44,583 nt of DNA from a virus (IMGVR_UViG_3300034894_000031:1-44583), one strand, 5' to 3'. Positions 29,429 through 37,568 are shown, counted from the stretch's first letter. Notes: a model not told the origin generated them from the sequence alone. A program made the numbers and translations.

Positions 29429-29884
29429 ATGATAGATCGTAAATCAGAATACGTGCAAAAGTTAAAGGATCCTCGGTGGCAAAAGAAACGATTACAAATA
29501 TTTGAACGTGATGAATGGGCGTGCCAAATATGTTTCGATACAAAATCGACTCTCATCGTTCATCATCGACTTTATTTACCAAACACAGAACCCTGGGATT
29601 ATCCTAATGAATTATTAGTGACTTTGTGTGAAAGTTGTCATGAACAAGAAGGAACTCAATTCCAACCAGTTGCAAATATGTTAATTGATCACCTCAGGAA
29701 AAAGTTTTTCTCCAATGATCTGATAGATTTAGCACTTGGTTTCTACAAAATGGATTTACTTCATAATAGTGAAGTTGTTGCCAGTTCCTATTCCTTCGCC
29801 CTATCAAGTCCGAAAATTCAGAGATTTTTAATTGATAAATACTTGGAGAGTATAAAACATCGTGCCAAGACCAATAAAGAATAA
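29429..29884 (+). CDS. HNH endonuclease-like protein
   Basis: KDPRWQKKR..RD..CQIC...VHH...LCESCH. Confidence 0.85.
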   Translation: MIDRKSEYVQKLKDPRWQKKRLQIFERDEWACQICFDTKSTLIVHHRLYLPNTEPWDYPNELLVTLCESCHEQEGTQFQPVANMLIDHLRKKFFSNDLIDLALGFYKMDLLHNSEVVASSYSFALSSPKIQRFLIDKYLESIKHRAKTNKE

Positions 29885-30620
29885 GGCTGATTATTTTAGT
29901 CACGATGCTAACGCTAGTAGTAGCAAAACATTGACTATTTTGTTTAACCATTTTGGGCATGAAGGAATTTCTGCTTGGTGGCAATTGCTTGAATTAATTT
30001 CTGGTACCGATAACCAGGTTATTGATACCAGAAACCCGGTTATCGGTGAGTTTCTGGCAGCGAAAATGCATTTTAACCCAGAACGGCTTAAAGAGATACT
30101 TAAAAAAATGGCAGAACTTAATGCGATTGATTTCGACCTATATCAGGATGGAATTATCTGGTGCCAAAATTTAGTAGACAGATTAGTTCCAGTTTATAAA
30201 AAAAGGGGTCTTGATGTCCCTCGTAAACCAATCATTTCCGTGACAGAAACCCCTGTTACTGTGACAGAAACCCCTGTTACTGTGACAGAAACCCGACAAA
30301 GTAAAGTAAAGGAAAGGAAAGTAAAGGAAAGGAAAGTAAAGAAGAAAGTAAAGAAGAAAGAGAAAATTATTCGAATAAGATATGGAGAATTCAAAAACGT
30401 TTTATTATCTGATGAGGAACTTAATAAAATCAAGGATAAATTTTCAGGTTCTTATTTAAAATTGATTGAGGCTGGATCAACCTGGTTAGAACAAAATGGT
30501 AAAACTCGCCATAATTATTATGCCTTCCTTCTCAATTGGGCAAGGCGCGACCCAGCAAAGTTTCCTGAGAACCAGGGCGAATTATTGGCCAATGAAGACG
30601 AGGAACCGAACGATTTATGA
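29862..30620 (+). CDS. Replication initiator (DUF4373/Lin1244-like N-terminus)
   Basis: MPRP..DYFSHD, FGHEG...W.LLE; central repeats; C-terminal YGEFKNV.L..NYYA.LLNW; upstream of dnaB. Confidence 0.85.
   Translation: MPRPIKNKADYFSHDANASSSKTLTILFNHFGHEGISAWWQLLELISGTDNQVIDTRNPVIGEFLAAKMHFNPERLKEILKKMAELNAIDFDLYQDGIIWCQNLVDRLVPVYKKRGLDVPRKPIISVTETPVTVTETPVTVTETRQSKVKERKVKERKVKKKVKKKEKIIRIRYGEFKNVLLSDEELNKIKDKFSGSYLKLIEAGSTWLEQNGKTRHNYYAFLLNWARRDPAKFPENQGELLANEDEEPNDL
30240..30360. repeat. Probable replication origin: 21-bp iterons plus purine-rich tract
   Basis: GTGACAGAAACCCCTGTTACT x2 plus a 13-bp partial copy, then AAAGTAAAGGAAAGG-type repeats inside the initiator gene. Confidence 0.7.
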
Positions 30621-32215
30621 AACACGACGACCTCTTCGCCGGCATAGGGGGATTTAGAATTGGCATTGAAGAAGCTATTTATGAGTCATATAAGGGGAAG
30701 TCAGGGCTCGAGGTCCCGGAACCTTGTCAGGTCTGGGCAAACGACATCGACCGGTACGCTTGCGCCATCTACCGGTACCACTATGGCGACATCATCCAGT
30801 CCGACGTCCGGGCAATTGCCTCTTCCGATGTCCCAGATGCAGACCTTTTCACTTTCGGCTGGCCTTGCCAGGATAATTCAATTGCTGGAAACCGGGCAGG
30901 TCAAACGGCAGACACTCGAAGTGGGCTTCTTATTGAGGCAGTTCGAATTCTCCGGGCTAAGAGACCCCGATATTTCGTTGCTGAGAACGTCACCGGGTTA
31001 TTCAGCGTTAATGAAGGTTGTGACTTCTACGAAGCAATTAAAATGTTCGCCGACTCTGGGTATGACTGTCAATGGCAAGTTCTTGATACAAGGTGGTTTC
31101 TGCCCCAAAGTCGAGAGCGGATTTACATTGTTGGACATCTTAGAGGAACACGTCGACCAGAAGTATTTCCTATCGGAGAAACAGATAGCAGTTTTAATGA
31201 AAGCAGAAGCAAATTCGAATCTGGGGTATTCAGCAAAACAATCGATAGCAATTATTTCAAGGGTGCAGACGGGAAACGAACTATGATAGCACACACCATC
31301 TGGGAAGGCGGCGACTCCGCCGGGGATCCCCGGCATAATTGGAATATGGTTTTGCAGGGGAACAAGATTCGACGGTTCACTCCGGTCGAGTGTGAGAGAC
31401 TCCAAGGATTCCCGGACATAATAAAATCTGTTATAGTACAGGTATGTTCAGACCCTCAAAAGAATTATGCAAATGCGGAAAACCTAAGTCTCAGGTTGCC
31501 AAGACTTGTTGGGAATGCCGAAAGAATCAAGTCACTAGAAAGTGCATCATATGTGGGGGTCAGTTCCAATTTAAAGAATCAACTAATCGCCAGACGTGTT
31601 CAAAGCGATGTGCTTATATACTCCGGGGAAAACGAAATCGAGATACACAATCGAGAAAAGTTATTATTGTCTGTCTCGAATGCGGCAAATCGAAACTTGT
31701 CTCACCATCCAATAAAAATCGAAGATATTGCTCTAACGCTTGTTGGTATAAACACAATAGCGGAAAGAATAATCCCGTTTGGCAAGGCGGAATTACAACT
31801 GAGCGGGCAATATTCGATTCTTCAAAAGAATGGGGTATTGTTCGTAAATCTATTTGGAAACGAGATAATGCAACGTGTCAGATCTGTAAACAACGATTCA
31901 CCCATACACAAAAAACCTTTGAAGTCCATCACATTAGGCCTTTTGGAAACAAAACAGAAAGAACAAACCCTGATAACCTTATTCTTGTCTGTCATAAGTG
32001 CCATGTCTGGATACATTCCAAACGAAATATTGAATCAAGATTCCTTCGCGTTTGAACTCATCTCTCATTTTGGTTGGACCAAGTACGGCAAGTTCGAGGA
32101 CGGCACGGTCAAAGCGATGTCCGACACTCAGCGGTACAGGTGCGTCGGCAATGCTGTCAGCACGCCGGTTGTAAAGGAAGTAATAATGAGGTTGTTGCCA
32201 TGCCTGATATGTTAG
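30617..32215 (+). CDS. DNA C5-cytosine methyltransferase with a 218-codon insertion
   Basis: FAGIGG (I), GWPCQ (IV), ENV (VI), QSRER (VIII), RRFTPVECERLQGFPD (IX), RYRCVGNAV (X). Confidence 0.92.
   Translation: MKHDDLFAGIGGFRIGIEEAIYESYKGKSGLEVPEPCQVWANDIDRYACAIYRYHYGDIIQSDVRAIASSDVPDADLFTFGWPCQDNSIAGNRAGQTADTRSGLLIEAVRILRAKRPRYFVAENVTGLFSVNEGCDFYEAIKMFADSGYDCQWQVLDTRWFLPQSRERIYIVGHLRGTRRPEVFPIGETDSSFNESRSKFESGVFSKTIDSNYFKGADGKRTMIAHTIWEGGDSAGDPRHNWNMVLQGNKIRRFTPVECERLQGFPDIIKSVIVQVCSDPQKNYANAENLSLRLPRLVGNAERIKSLESASYVGVSSNLKNQLIARRVQSDVLIYSGENEIEIHNREKLLLSVSNAANRNLSHHPIKIEDIALTLVGINTIAERIIPFGKAELQLSGQYSILQKNGVLFVNLFGNEIMQRVRSVNNDSPIHKKPLKSITLGLLETKQKEQTLITLFLSVISAMSGYIPNEILNQDSFAFELISHFGWTKYGKFEDGTVKAMSDTQRYRCVGNAVSTPVVKEVIMRLLPCLIC
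30660..31286 (+). CDS. Overprinted +1-frame ORF, candidate second MTase polypeptide
   Basis: 208 open codons inside the MTase gene, with an MTase-associated TLLDILEEHVDQKYFLS motif near the end; start uncertain (ATG at 30681). Confidence 0.55.
   Translation: MALKKLFMSHIRGSQGSRSRNLVRSGQTTSTGTLAPSTGTTMATSSSPTSGQLPLPMSQMQTFSLSAGLARIIQLLETGQVKRQTLEVGFLLRQFEFSGLRDPDISLLRTSPGYSALMKVVTSTKQLKCSPTLGMTVNGKFLIQGGFCPKVESGFTLLDILEEHVDQKYFLSEKQIAVLMKAEANSNLGYSAKQSIAIISRVQTGNEL
31409..31437 (+). promoter_or_regulatory. Promoter for the nested HNH gene (leaderless?)
   Basis: TTCCCG-17 bp-TATAGT with extended TG; ATG 6 nt downstream. Confidence 0.5.
31418..32071 (+). mobile_element. 654-bp HNH-carrying insertion in the C5 MTase
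   Basis: Splits the normally contiguous QGFPD|GWT; AT-richer than its flanks; length is a multiple of 3. Confidence 0.8.
31444..32055 (+). CDS. HNH endonuclease with Zn-finger repeats, nested in the MTase gene
   Basis: CxxC..CS..C repeats, NPVWQGG, RDNATCQIC, EVHHI, NLILVCHKCH. Confidence 0.9.
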   Translation: MFRPSKELCKCGKPKSQVAKTCWECRKNQVTRKCIICGGQFQFKESTNRQTCSKRCAYILRGKRNRDTQSRKVIIVCLECGKSKLVSPSNKNRRYCSNACWYKHNSGKNNPVWQGGITTERAIFDSSKEWGIVRKSIWKRDNATCQICKQRFTHTQKTFEVHHIRPFGNKTERTNPDNLILVCHKCHVWIHSKRNIESRFLRV

Positions 32216-33585
32216 ACGAACGGATGCCGCCCTATGACCTCGAGGCTGAGAAGGCAGTCGTGGGGTCCATCCTCATCGATGGCGAAACCATCCACGATGT
32301 CGGGAACCTCACTTACGAGGATTTCTTTACAGAACAAAACCGTATCATTTTCAAGGTCATGGCAGAATTGGGTGATGGCATCAACCAGGTGACCGTTGCT
32401 CGAATGCTGGCGGACCAGGAAAAACTTGAGGGGATCGGTGGTATTGCTTATTTGAGCCATCTTGTTGCAGATGTTCCAACCTCAGTGCATTGTGAATACT
32501 ATGCCAATATCGTTAAGACTCTGGCATTGCGGCGCCGGCTGATTACCGCCGGCAGTCAGATAATCGGTTTAGGCTATGACGAGTCGGATGCCTTTACCGC
32601 TTTCGATAAAAGCCAGACTATCATGAACAAGCTGACGTCCTCAGAGCAACGCACCAAGATTCTAATGCCTGACGATGTGGTCGACATGAATGTGGAACGG
32701 TATGAGATGCTCAAGCAGACTCAGGTGGGATTGAAGACAGGCCTGGCCAACTATGATGACAAGATGGGCGGTCTTCTGCCCGGTGAGTACACTATCATCG
32801 CCGGACCCACGACCATCGGCAAGACGACCTTTGCCCGGCAATGGTGCCGGAATATAACGGCCAGCCACTATGCCCTATGGGTGGCTCTCGAGATGACACC
32901 CGAGAACCTGATGGATAAGGACGTGTCCGCCCTCAGCGGCGTGCCGGTCCGGGACATAGTCCGCGGCCGGTATGGTGAAGAGACCTATGCCAAGATGGGA
33001 GCGCAGTTCGAGATTCTGAGAAAACTAAAACTGTATACAGTAAGCGGCCGGGTGACCACCAAGGATATCAGGAATTACATCCGCCGCATGCTGGCCACCA
33101 CTGGCCTGTCCGTTGTCTTCATCGACTACATCCAGCTCCTGAGCGACAAGTACGGCGAGAATAACAATGCCCGGATAGGTTTCATCACGAAGGAATTGGA
33201 GAATACCTGCAAGGAATTCCGGGTGCCTATCGTCGGCCTGAGCCAACTGAGCCGGGCCCCTGACAAGCGCCCGAACAAGCGGCCTATCACCGGGGATCTC
33301 CGGGACTCCGGTGACCTCGAGCATTCAGCGGACACTATTGTATTTCTTTATTCGTCCGGATATTATGATTCTAAGAAGGAAAAAAGCAGACAGATTTCGG
33401 AATGCATCATCGCCAAGAACCGGCTTCGCGGGTTTACCGGGCGGCTCTGGCTGAGATGGAATCCAAAGTATGAGACGAATGAACCGGTAAGGAGAACAGG
33501 AAAAGATGACTATGCAGACTACAGACCAGAGTTTGAAGGAATTGGAGAGGGCTATGAACCGGGCACTGCAGAATCCGACGAATAA
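32200..33585 (+). CDS. dnaB: Replicative DNA helicase, DnaB family
   Basis: PPYDLEAE..V.G; Walker A GPTTIGKT; FIDYIQL; SQLSR; DLRDSGDLEHSAD; IIAKNR; start 32200 with GAGGT RBS. Confidence 0.95.
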   Translation: MPDMLDERMPPYDLEAEKAVVGSILIDGETIHDVGNLTYEDFFTEQNRIIFKVMAELGDGINQVTVARMLADQEKLEGIGGIAYLSHLVADVPTSVHCEYYANIVKTLALRRRLITAGSQIIGLGYDESDAFTAFDKSQTIMNKLTSSEQRTKILMPDDVVDMNVERYEMLKQTQVGLKTGLANYDDKMGGLLPGEYTIIAGPTTIGKTTFARQWCRNITASHYALWVALEMTPENLMDKDVSALSGVPVRDIVRGRYGEETYAKMGAQFEILRKLKLYTVSGRVTTKDIRNYIRRMLATTGLSVVFIDYIQLLSDKYGENNNARIGFITKELENTCKEFRVPIVGLSQLSRAPDKRPNKRPITGDLRDSGDLEHSADTIVFLYSSGYYDSKKEKSRQISECIIAKNRLRGFTGRLWLRWNPKYETNEPVRRTGKDDYADYRPEFEGIGEGYEPGTAESDE

Positions 33586-33590
33586 ATAAA

Positions 33591-34166
33591 ATGAAGTTTA
33601 ATCTCGAAATTCATAATGGTCACGCAACTGGCGATATCGCCCGCGGTAGTAGTATCGGTCTCCATAACCATAGCAATTATAAACTTGTACTTTGTGATCA
33701 TTGTACGATGCCATATTGGGTTATTTTGAGAAAGGGGAAACAGGTTAGTACCAAATGCAAATCATGTACTAACCAGCAAAATGCAATGAAACTTTTTACG
33801 AATGGGGAGCATACCAAAATATCAGGTTACATCGAAGTTAAAGCACCAGATATTGAATTTATTAAGCCAATGGTCCCTCAGAATGGGTGGATTCTACAGC
33901 ATCGTCTAATAATGGCACTTCATCTATGCAGATGCCTTCACAAATGGGAGCATGTTCATCACAAAAATGGAATCACAGATGATAACCGGATTCAAAATCT
34001 TGAACTTACGATGAATGGTAGCCACATCATTCAACACAACAAAGGTTATCGGGATGGATATAAGCATGGATTTTACGATGGAGTTAATTCTCGGATAAGT
34101 GAATTGATAAAAGAAAATCAAATTCTAAAAGGGAGGATTTATGATCTTGAACATCGACAAAACTAA
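33591..34166 (+). CDS. HNH homing endonuclease
   Basis: QHRLIM, VHHKNGITDDNRIQNL; N-terminal CDHC..CKSC. Confidence 0.9.
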   Translation: MKFNLEIHNGHATGDIARGSSIGLHNHSNYKLVLCDHCTMPYWVILRKGKQVSTKCKSCTNQQNAMKLFTNGEHTKISGYIEVKAPDIEFIKPMVPQNGWILQHRLIMALHLCRCLHKWEHVHHKNGITDDNRIQNLELTMNGSHIIQHNKGYRDGYKHGFYDGVNSRISELIKENQILKGRIYDLEHRQN

Positions 34167-34332
34167 ATTAGACCATGCTATGCAGCGAGCCTTGGCAGAT
34201 CCGAACAACATGTATTGCTGGTACGAGGTCGCAAAGGCCGGCGGCAAACTCGAAGACGCCCTGCAGACAGCACTCAAGCTGGGGATGCAGACCCAGCCTA
34301 TCGATGACGGCTTCGGGGAATATCAGGCATGA
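34141..34332 (+). CDS. Hypothetical protein
   Basis: GGAGG RBS; overlaps the next gene. Confidence 0.6.
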   Translation: MILNIDKTKLDHAMQRALADPNNMYCWYEVAKAGGKLEDALQTALKLGMQTQPIDDGFGEYQA

Positions 34333-35276
34333 TTGGACTTTGTCAGGTCGACGGCAAGTATCCGAACCTTGCCCTCATGAAACTGTCTGCCTGGTATAAG
34401 GCAAGGGGCGAGGCAGTCACCCGGTTGCCATTACAATTCAACGATTGCCGCAAGGTATACTTGGCCAAGGTGTTTCAATTCAGTGTCCACCGCTATACCT
34501 GGTCATCCGAAGTGGTACGCGGCGGTACCGGATGGCCAGACTGGAAGGACCTCGATGATTTGCCGGCAGGTGCCGAGCATATGTACCCGGACTATGATGA
34601 GTTCAACTGCAAGTATGCAATGGGGTACCTGAGCCGGGGTTGTATCCGCAAATGTGGCTTCTGTTTTGTCCCAGAGAAGGAAGGGCGGATACGCCATCAC
34701 TCTGACCTGCCCGAATGGTGGCATGGCCAGAAGTTCATCCGACTCCTAGACGCCAATGTCACCGGTGCCATGGCCTTCAACTGGTACATCGACCAGCTTG
34801 CCCGGTCAGGCGCTTACGTGGATTTCAGCCAGGGCGTGGACGCCCGGCTCATCGATGAGCAACATGCTGAGAAACTGAGTCATGTCAAGCTCTGGGGATT
34901 ATTGCACACGGCATGGGACAATCCTCGAGATGAGGCCGCAGTGCTCACCGGGATCCGGCACCTGATTAAATATTTCGAACCTACCCACAAGATATCGGTA
35001 TTCGTCCTAGTAGGCTATGACACTGACCCGGACGAAGACCTGATGCGCGTCGAGAAACTCCGGGAGCTGAGGGTTAACCCGTTCGTAATGCCGTTCAATA
35101 AACTTGACCCATATCAGCGCCACTTCGCCCGGTGGGTGAATGACAAAGCGATCTTCAAGTCTGTCCGCTGGGCAGATTACAAAATAAATTTCAAAGGGGG
35201 AAGCTATGGAACCAGTGCTAACAGAGACATACGGACTGACCAGACAGGATGTTATTCTTTACTTCCGGGAGAATAA
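34329..35276 (+). CDS. Radical SAM protein
   Basis: SRGCIRKCGFC (CxxxCxxC); PNLALMK; GG.G; PDY; QGVDARL. Confidence 0.9.
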   Translation: MIGLCQVDGKYPNLALMKLSAWYKARGEAVTRLPLQFNDCRKVYLAKVFQFSVHRYTWSSEVVRGGTGWPDWKDLDDLPAGAEHMYPDYDEFNCKYAMGYLSRGCIRKCGFCFVPEKEGRIRHHSDLPEWWHGQKFIRLLDANVTGAMAFNWYIDQLARSGAYVDFSQGVDARLIDEQHAEKLSHVKLWGLLHTAWDNPRDEAAVLTGIRHLIKYFEPTHKISVFVLVGYDTDPDEDLMRVEKLRELRVNPFVMPFNKLDPYQRHFARWVNDKAIFKSVRWADYKINFKGGSYGTSANRDIRTDQTGCYSLLPGE

Positions 35277-35811
35277 AATTAAGTATGACGATTGGGTGAC
35301 CGAGCTATTGGAGAATGCCAAGCTCACATTGTACCCCAAGATCAAGGCCTGGAAGGACGCCAAAGAACGCCAAGCAAAACAGATTCAGGTACCTGAGACC
35401 ACATTGAATAAGGCCAGTGAGGGTATCAAGAATCTAATCGAAGGCGGGGAGGCTTTGAAGAGGACACTCGAATCCTTCGAAAAACTGCCTAGCACACCTA
35501 TTATTAATCACGACATGAATCTTGATTCTTATCACGAACCGCCAGCCCAAGACGCCAACGAAACCGATGACCTCGACGGGTTCAAGTCATTCGTTCCAAA
35601 GGACGAGGTCGAGGACGAGTTGGCCGCGGGAAATATAATTGATGAGAAAGCAAACTGGTCTGATAAAATACCAGAACCGCCGATATCTGATCTTCCTGTA
35701 GAGCCGGGGACCTCGGCACCTGCTGGCACTGAGAATGCGCCGCTTTATGTTTCCGAACACCCGAAGGTATACAACAAACGCAAGAAGGGGAAGCACCATG
35801 CCAAAAAATGA
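35206..35811 (+). CDS. Hypothetical protein with acidic, disordered C-terminus
   Basis: GGGG RBS; fits the operon. Confidence 0.6.
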   Translation: MEPVLTETYGLTRQDVILYFRENKIKYDDWVTELLENAKLTLYPKIKAWKDAKERQAKQIQVPETTLNKASEGIKNLIEGGEALKRTLESFEKLPSTPIINHDMNLDSYHEPPAQDANETDDLDGFKSFVPKDEVEDELAAGNIIDEKANWSDKIPEPPISDLPVEPGTSAPAGTENAPLYVSEHPKVYNKRKKGKHHAKK

Positions 35812-35956
35812 GAACCCGAACCCCTGCCTGACCTGCGGCTTGCGCCGTAAGCCTGGTCCTTGCGAGATCAGCCCGGACAAAGACTGCGAGAAGAGGCAGA
35901 AGTATGAGGCCGGGATGCAATCGACCCCGCCACCGTCCACCAGCGAGGCAAGGTAA
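35798..35956 (+). CDS. Small Cys-containing protein (MPKNENPNPCLTC...)
   Basis: AAGGGG RBS; CxxC..C..C. Confidence 0.5.
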   Translation: MPKNENPNPCLTCGLRRKPGPCEISPDKDCEKRQKYEAGMQSTPPPSTSEAR

Positions 35957-35988
35957 GGCCTCGACCATGAATAAAAGGGGGAACACTG

Positions 35989-36465
35989 ATGGAACTAACT
36001 ATACCGTTTGAGCCGGTTGCTAAGGGGCGAGGCAGGGCAGCAATAGTCCGTGGCCATGCCATGATTTATACACCTAAGAAGACTTCGGACGCCCAGCAAT
36101 ATATAAGACAGTGGCTGGATAACCATGGAGTCGAGCCCGTCCGGGATGCAGCGCTGGCGGTCGACGTTATTTTCTACCGATCCCGGCCAAAGCATTTGAA
36201 AAAATCCCAGCTCCTGCCCACCCAGAAGCCTGACCTGGACAATTACGAGAAGCTGGTTTTCGATGCACTTGAGAAGTTTGCATATGAGAATGACAGTCAG
36301 ATTACCACGAAGATTTCCCGGAAGAGATTCGGTTCGCCGCCGCGAATTGAGCTCAGTCTTTACCTGGACCCGGGTGGCGGCACACCGGCGCTTGGAGATC
36401 GGAAGACGGTCAATGGCATTTCTTTTTTATATGTAAAAGCTGGGAGTGATATCAATGTTCAATAA
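35989..36465 (+). CDS. rusA: RusA-family Holliday junction resolvase
   Basis: PVAKGR.R, YTPKKT, KPDLDNYEK...DAL, NDSQI. Confidence 0.92.
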   Translation: MELTIPFEPVAKGRGRAAIVRGHAMIYTPKKTSDAQQYIRQWLDNHGVEPVRDAALAVDVIFYRSRPKHLKKSQLLPTQKPDLDNYEKLVFDALEKFAYENDSQITTKISRKRFGSPPRIELSLYLDPGGGTPALGDRKTVNGISFLYVKAGSDINVQ

Positions 36466-36610
36466 CTTCTGGAATAATCTGCTTTGCTGGATGCATTTGC
36501 ATAGGTGGGTAGAGAAACCCATTTATTTTAGTGTTCGAATGTATTCTGTAAGTAAAGAATGTGATTGGTGTGGTACCAGAAAAAAGAGTCGGGATAATCG
36601 ATTTGACTAA
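36455..36610 (+). CDS. 51-aa Zn-binding-like protein (MFNNFWNNLLCWMHLHRW...CDWCG)
   Basis: GGGAG RBS; C..H.W...CxxCG pattern. Confidence 0.55.
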   Translation: MFNNFWNNLLCWMHLHRWVEKPIYFSVRMYSVSKECDWCGTRKKSRDNRFD

Positions 36611-36627
36611 CACGGCTCATAGTAATT

Positions 36628-36795
36628 TTATTTCGCCTTCTTTGCCGCCTTTGCCCTTTCCCGGTCAAGCTTCTCGCGCCAGGATTTCTCGGTGAAGTCT
36701 TTCACGGTCATCCGGTTGTCGACGCACCATTTCTTGACCTCGAGATGCAGGTCCTCATTGACCAGTAAACCCAGCCTTGATTTGGTGTCTTCCAT
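36628..36795 (-). CDS. Ribbon-helix-helix DNA-binding protein (55 aa)
   Basis: SRLGLLVNEDLHLEVKKWCVDNRMTVKDF fits strand-helix-helix; not in the ORF track. Confidence 0.75.
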   Translation of the reverse strand: MEDTKSRLGLLVNEDLHLEVKKWCVDNRMTVKDFTEKSWREKLDRERAKAAKKAK

Positions 36796-36797
36796 GA

Positions 36798-37568
36798 TTA
36801 TTTACCTGCCTTTAGATATTTCTTTTCATAACTGGCGGCTTCTGTCTTCAGGAATTCATAGATTCGTTGGCCTGATTCTTTCCACCAGGTTTCCTCACAA
36901 TGATTTTGTGCGATCTCGAATTGTTGTTTCTCCCATTCATCGATTGTGTGAGTCTCACAACCTATACGGATTTCAACATGATCTTTCAGAGGGACAATGT
37001 TGCAGTTATATTTTGCACAGATAGTAATAACTAAAGCACCTTCCCCGATGTCAGCACCTTCCCTGATGACAGCACGTTCCCTGATGTCAGCACCTTCCCT
37101 GATGACAGCACCTTCCCCGATGTCAGCACCTTCCCCGATGTAAGCACCTTCCCTGATGACAGCACCTTCCCCGATGTCAGCACCTTCCCTGATGACAGCA
37201 CCTTCCCCGATGTCAGCACCTTCCCTGATGACAGCACCTTCCCCGATGTCAGCACCTTCCCTGATGACAGCACGTTCCCTGATGTCAGCACCTTCCCTGA
37301 TGACAGCACCTTCCCCGATGTCAGCACCTTCCCTGATGTAAGCACCTTCCCTGATGACAGCACCTTCCCCGATGTAAGCACGTTCCCTGATGACAGCACC
37401 TTCCCCGATGTCAGCACCTTCCCTGATGACAGCACGTTCCCTGATGTCAGCACCTTCCCTGATGACAGCACCTTCCCCGATGTCAGCACCTTCCCTGATG
37501 TAGAATTTTTCTCCATAGAAATAGGAATTGGGATAATTTTGTTTTGCCTGTTCATTTGTTAACCACAT
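36798..37568 (-). CDS. Hexapeptide-repeat (left-handed beta-helix) protein with C-terminal IGCExH..EW domain
   Basis: 26 units of I[RG]E[GR]A[DVYL]; GAGGAG RBS. Confidence 0.85.
   Translation of the reverse strand: MWLTNEQAKQNYPNSYFYGEKFYIREGADIGEGAVIREGADIRERAVIREGADIGEGAVIRERAYIGEGAVIREGAYIREGADIGEGAVIREGADIRERAVIREGADIGEGAVIREGADIGEGAVIREGADIGEGAVIREGAYIGEGADIGEGAVIREGADIRERAVIREGADIGEGALVITICAKYNCNIVPLKDHVEIRIGCETHTIDEWEKQQFEIAQNHCEETWWKESGQRIYEFLKTEAASYEKKYLKAGK
37032..37499. repeat. 18-bp coding tandem repeat, 26 units
   Basis: Units such as AGCACCTTCCCCGATGTC and AGCACCTTCCCTGATGAC. Confidence 0.97.

Noticed and set aside
31418-32071. Canonical intein or group I/II intron
   Set aside because: No N-terminal Cys/Ser, no terminal His-Asn followed by Cys/Ser/Thr, and almost no non-ORF sequence for a ribozyme; kept as an unexplained insertion instead.
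32074-32199. N-terminal extension of DnaB given in the ORF track
   Set aside because: Overlaps MTase motif X; the ATG at 32200 has an RBS and is followed by the typical DnaB start.
37032-37499. CRISPR array
   Set aside because: Contiguous 18-bp units with no unique spacers, in frame within a protein; no cas genes.
37031-37555. Alternative-frame ORFs (SGKVLT and MTAPSP repeats)
   Set aside because: Open frames are an automatic result of a stop-free tandem unit; the IREGAD frame has an RBS and a sensible C-terminal domain.
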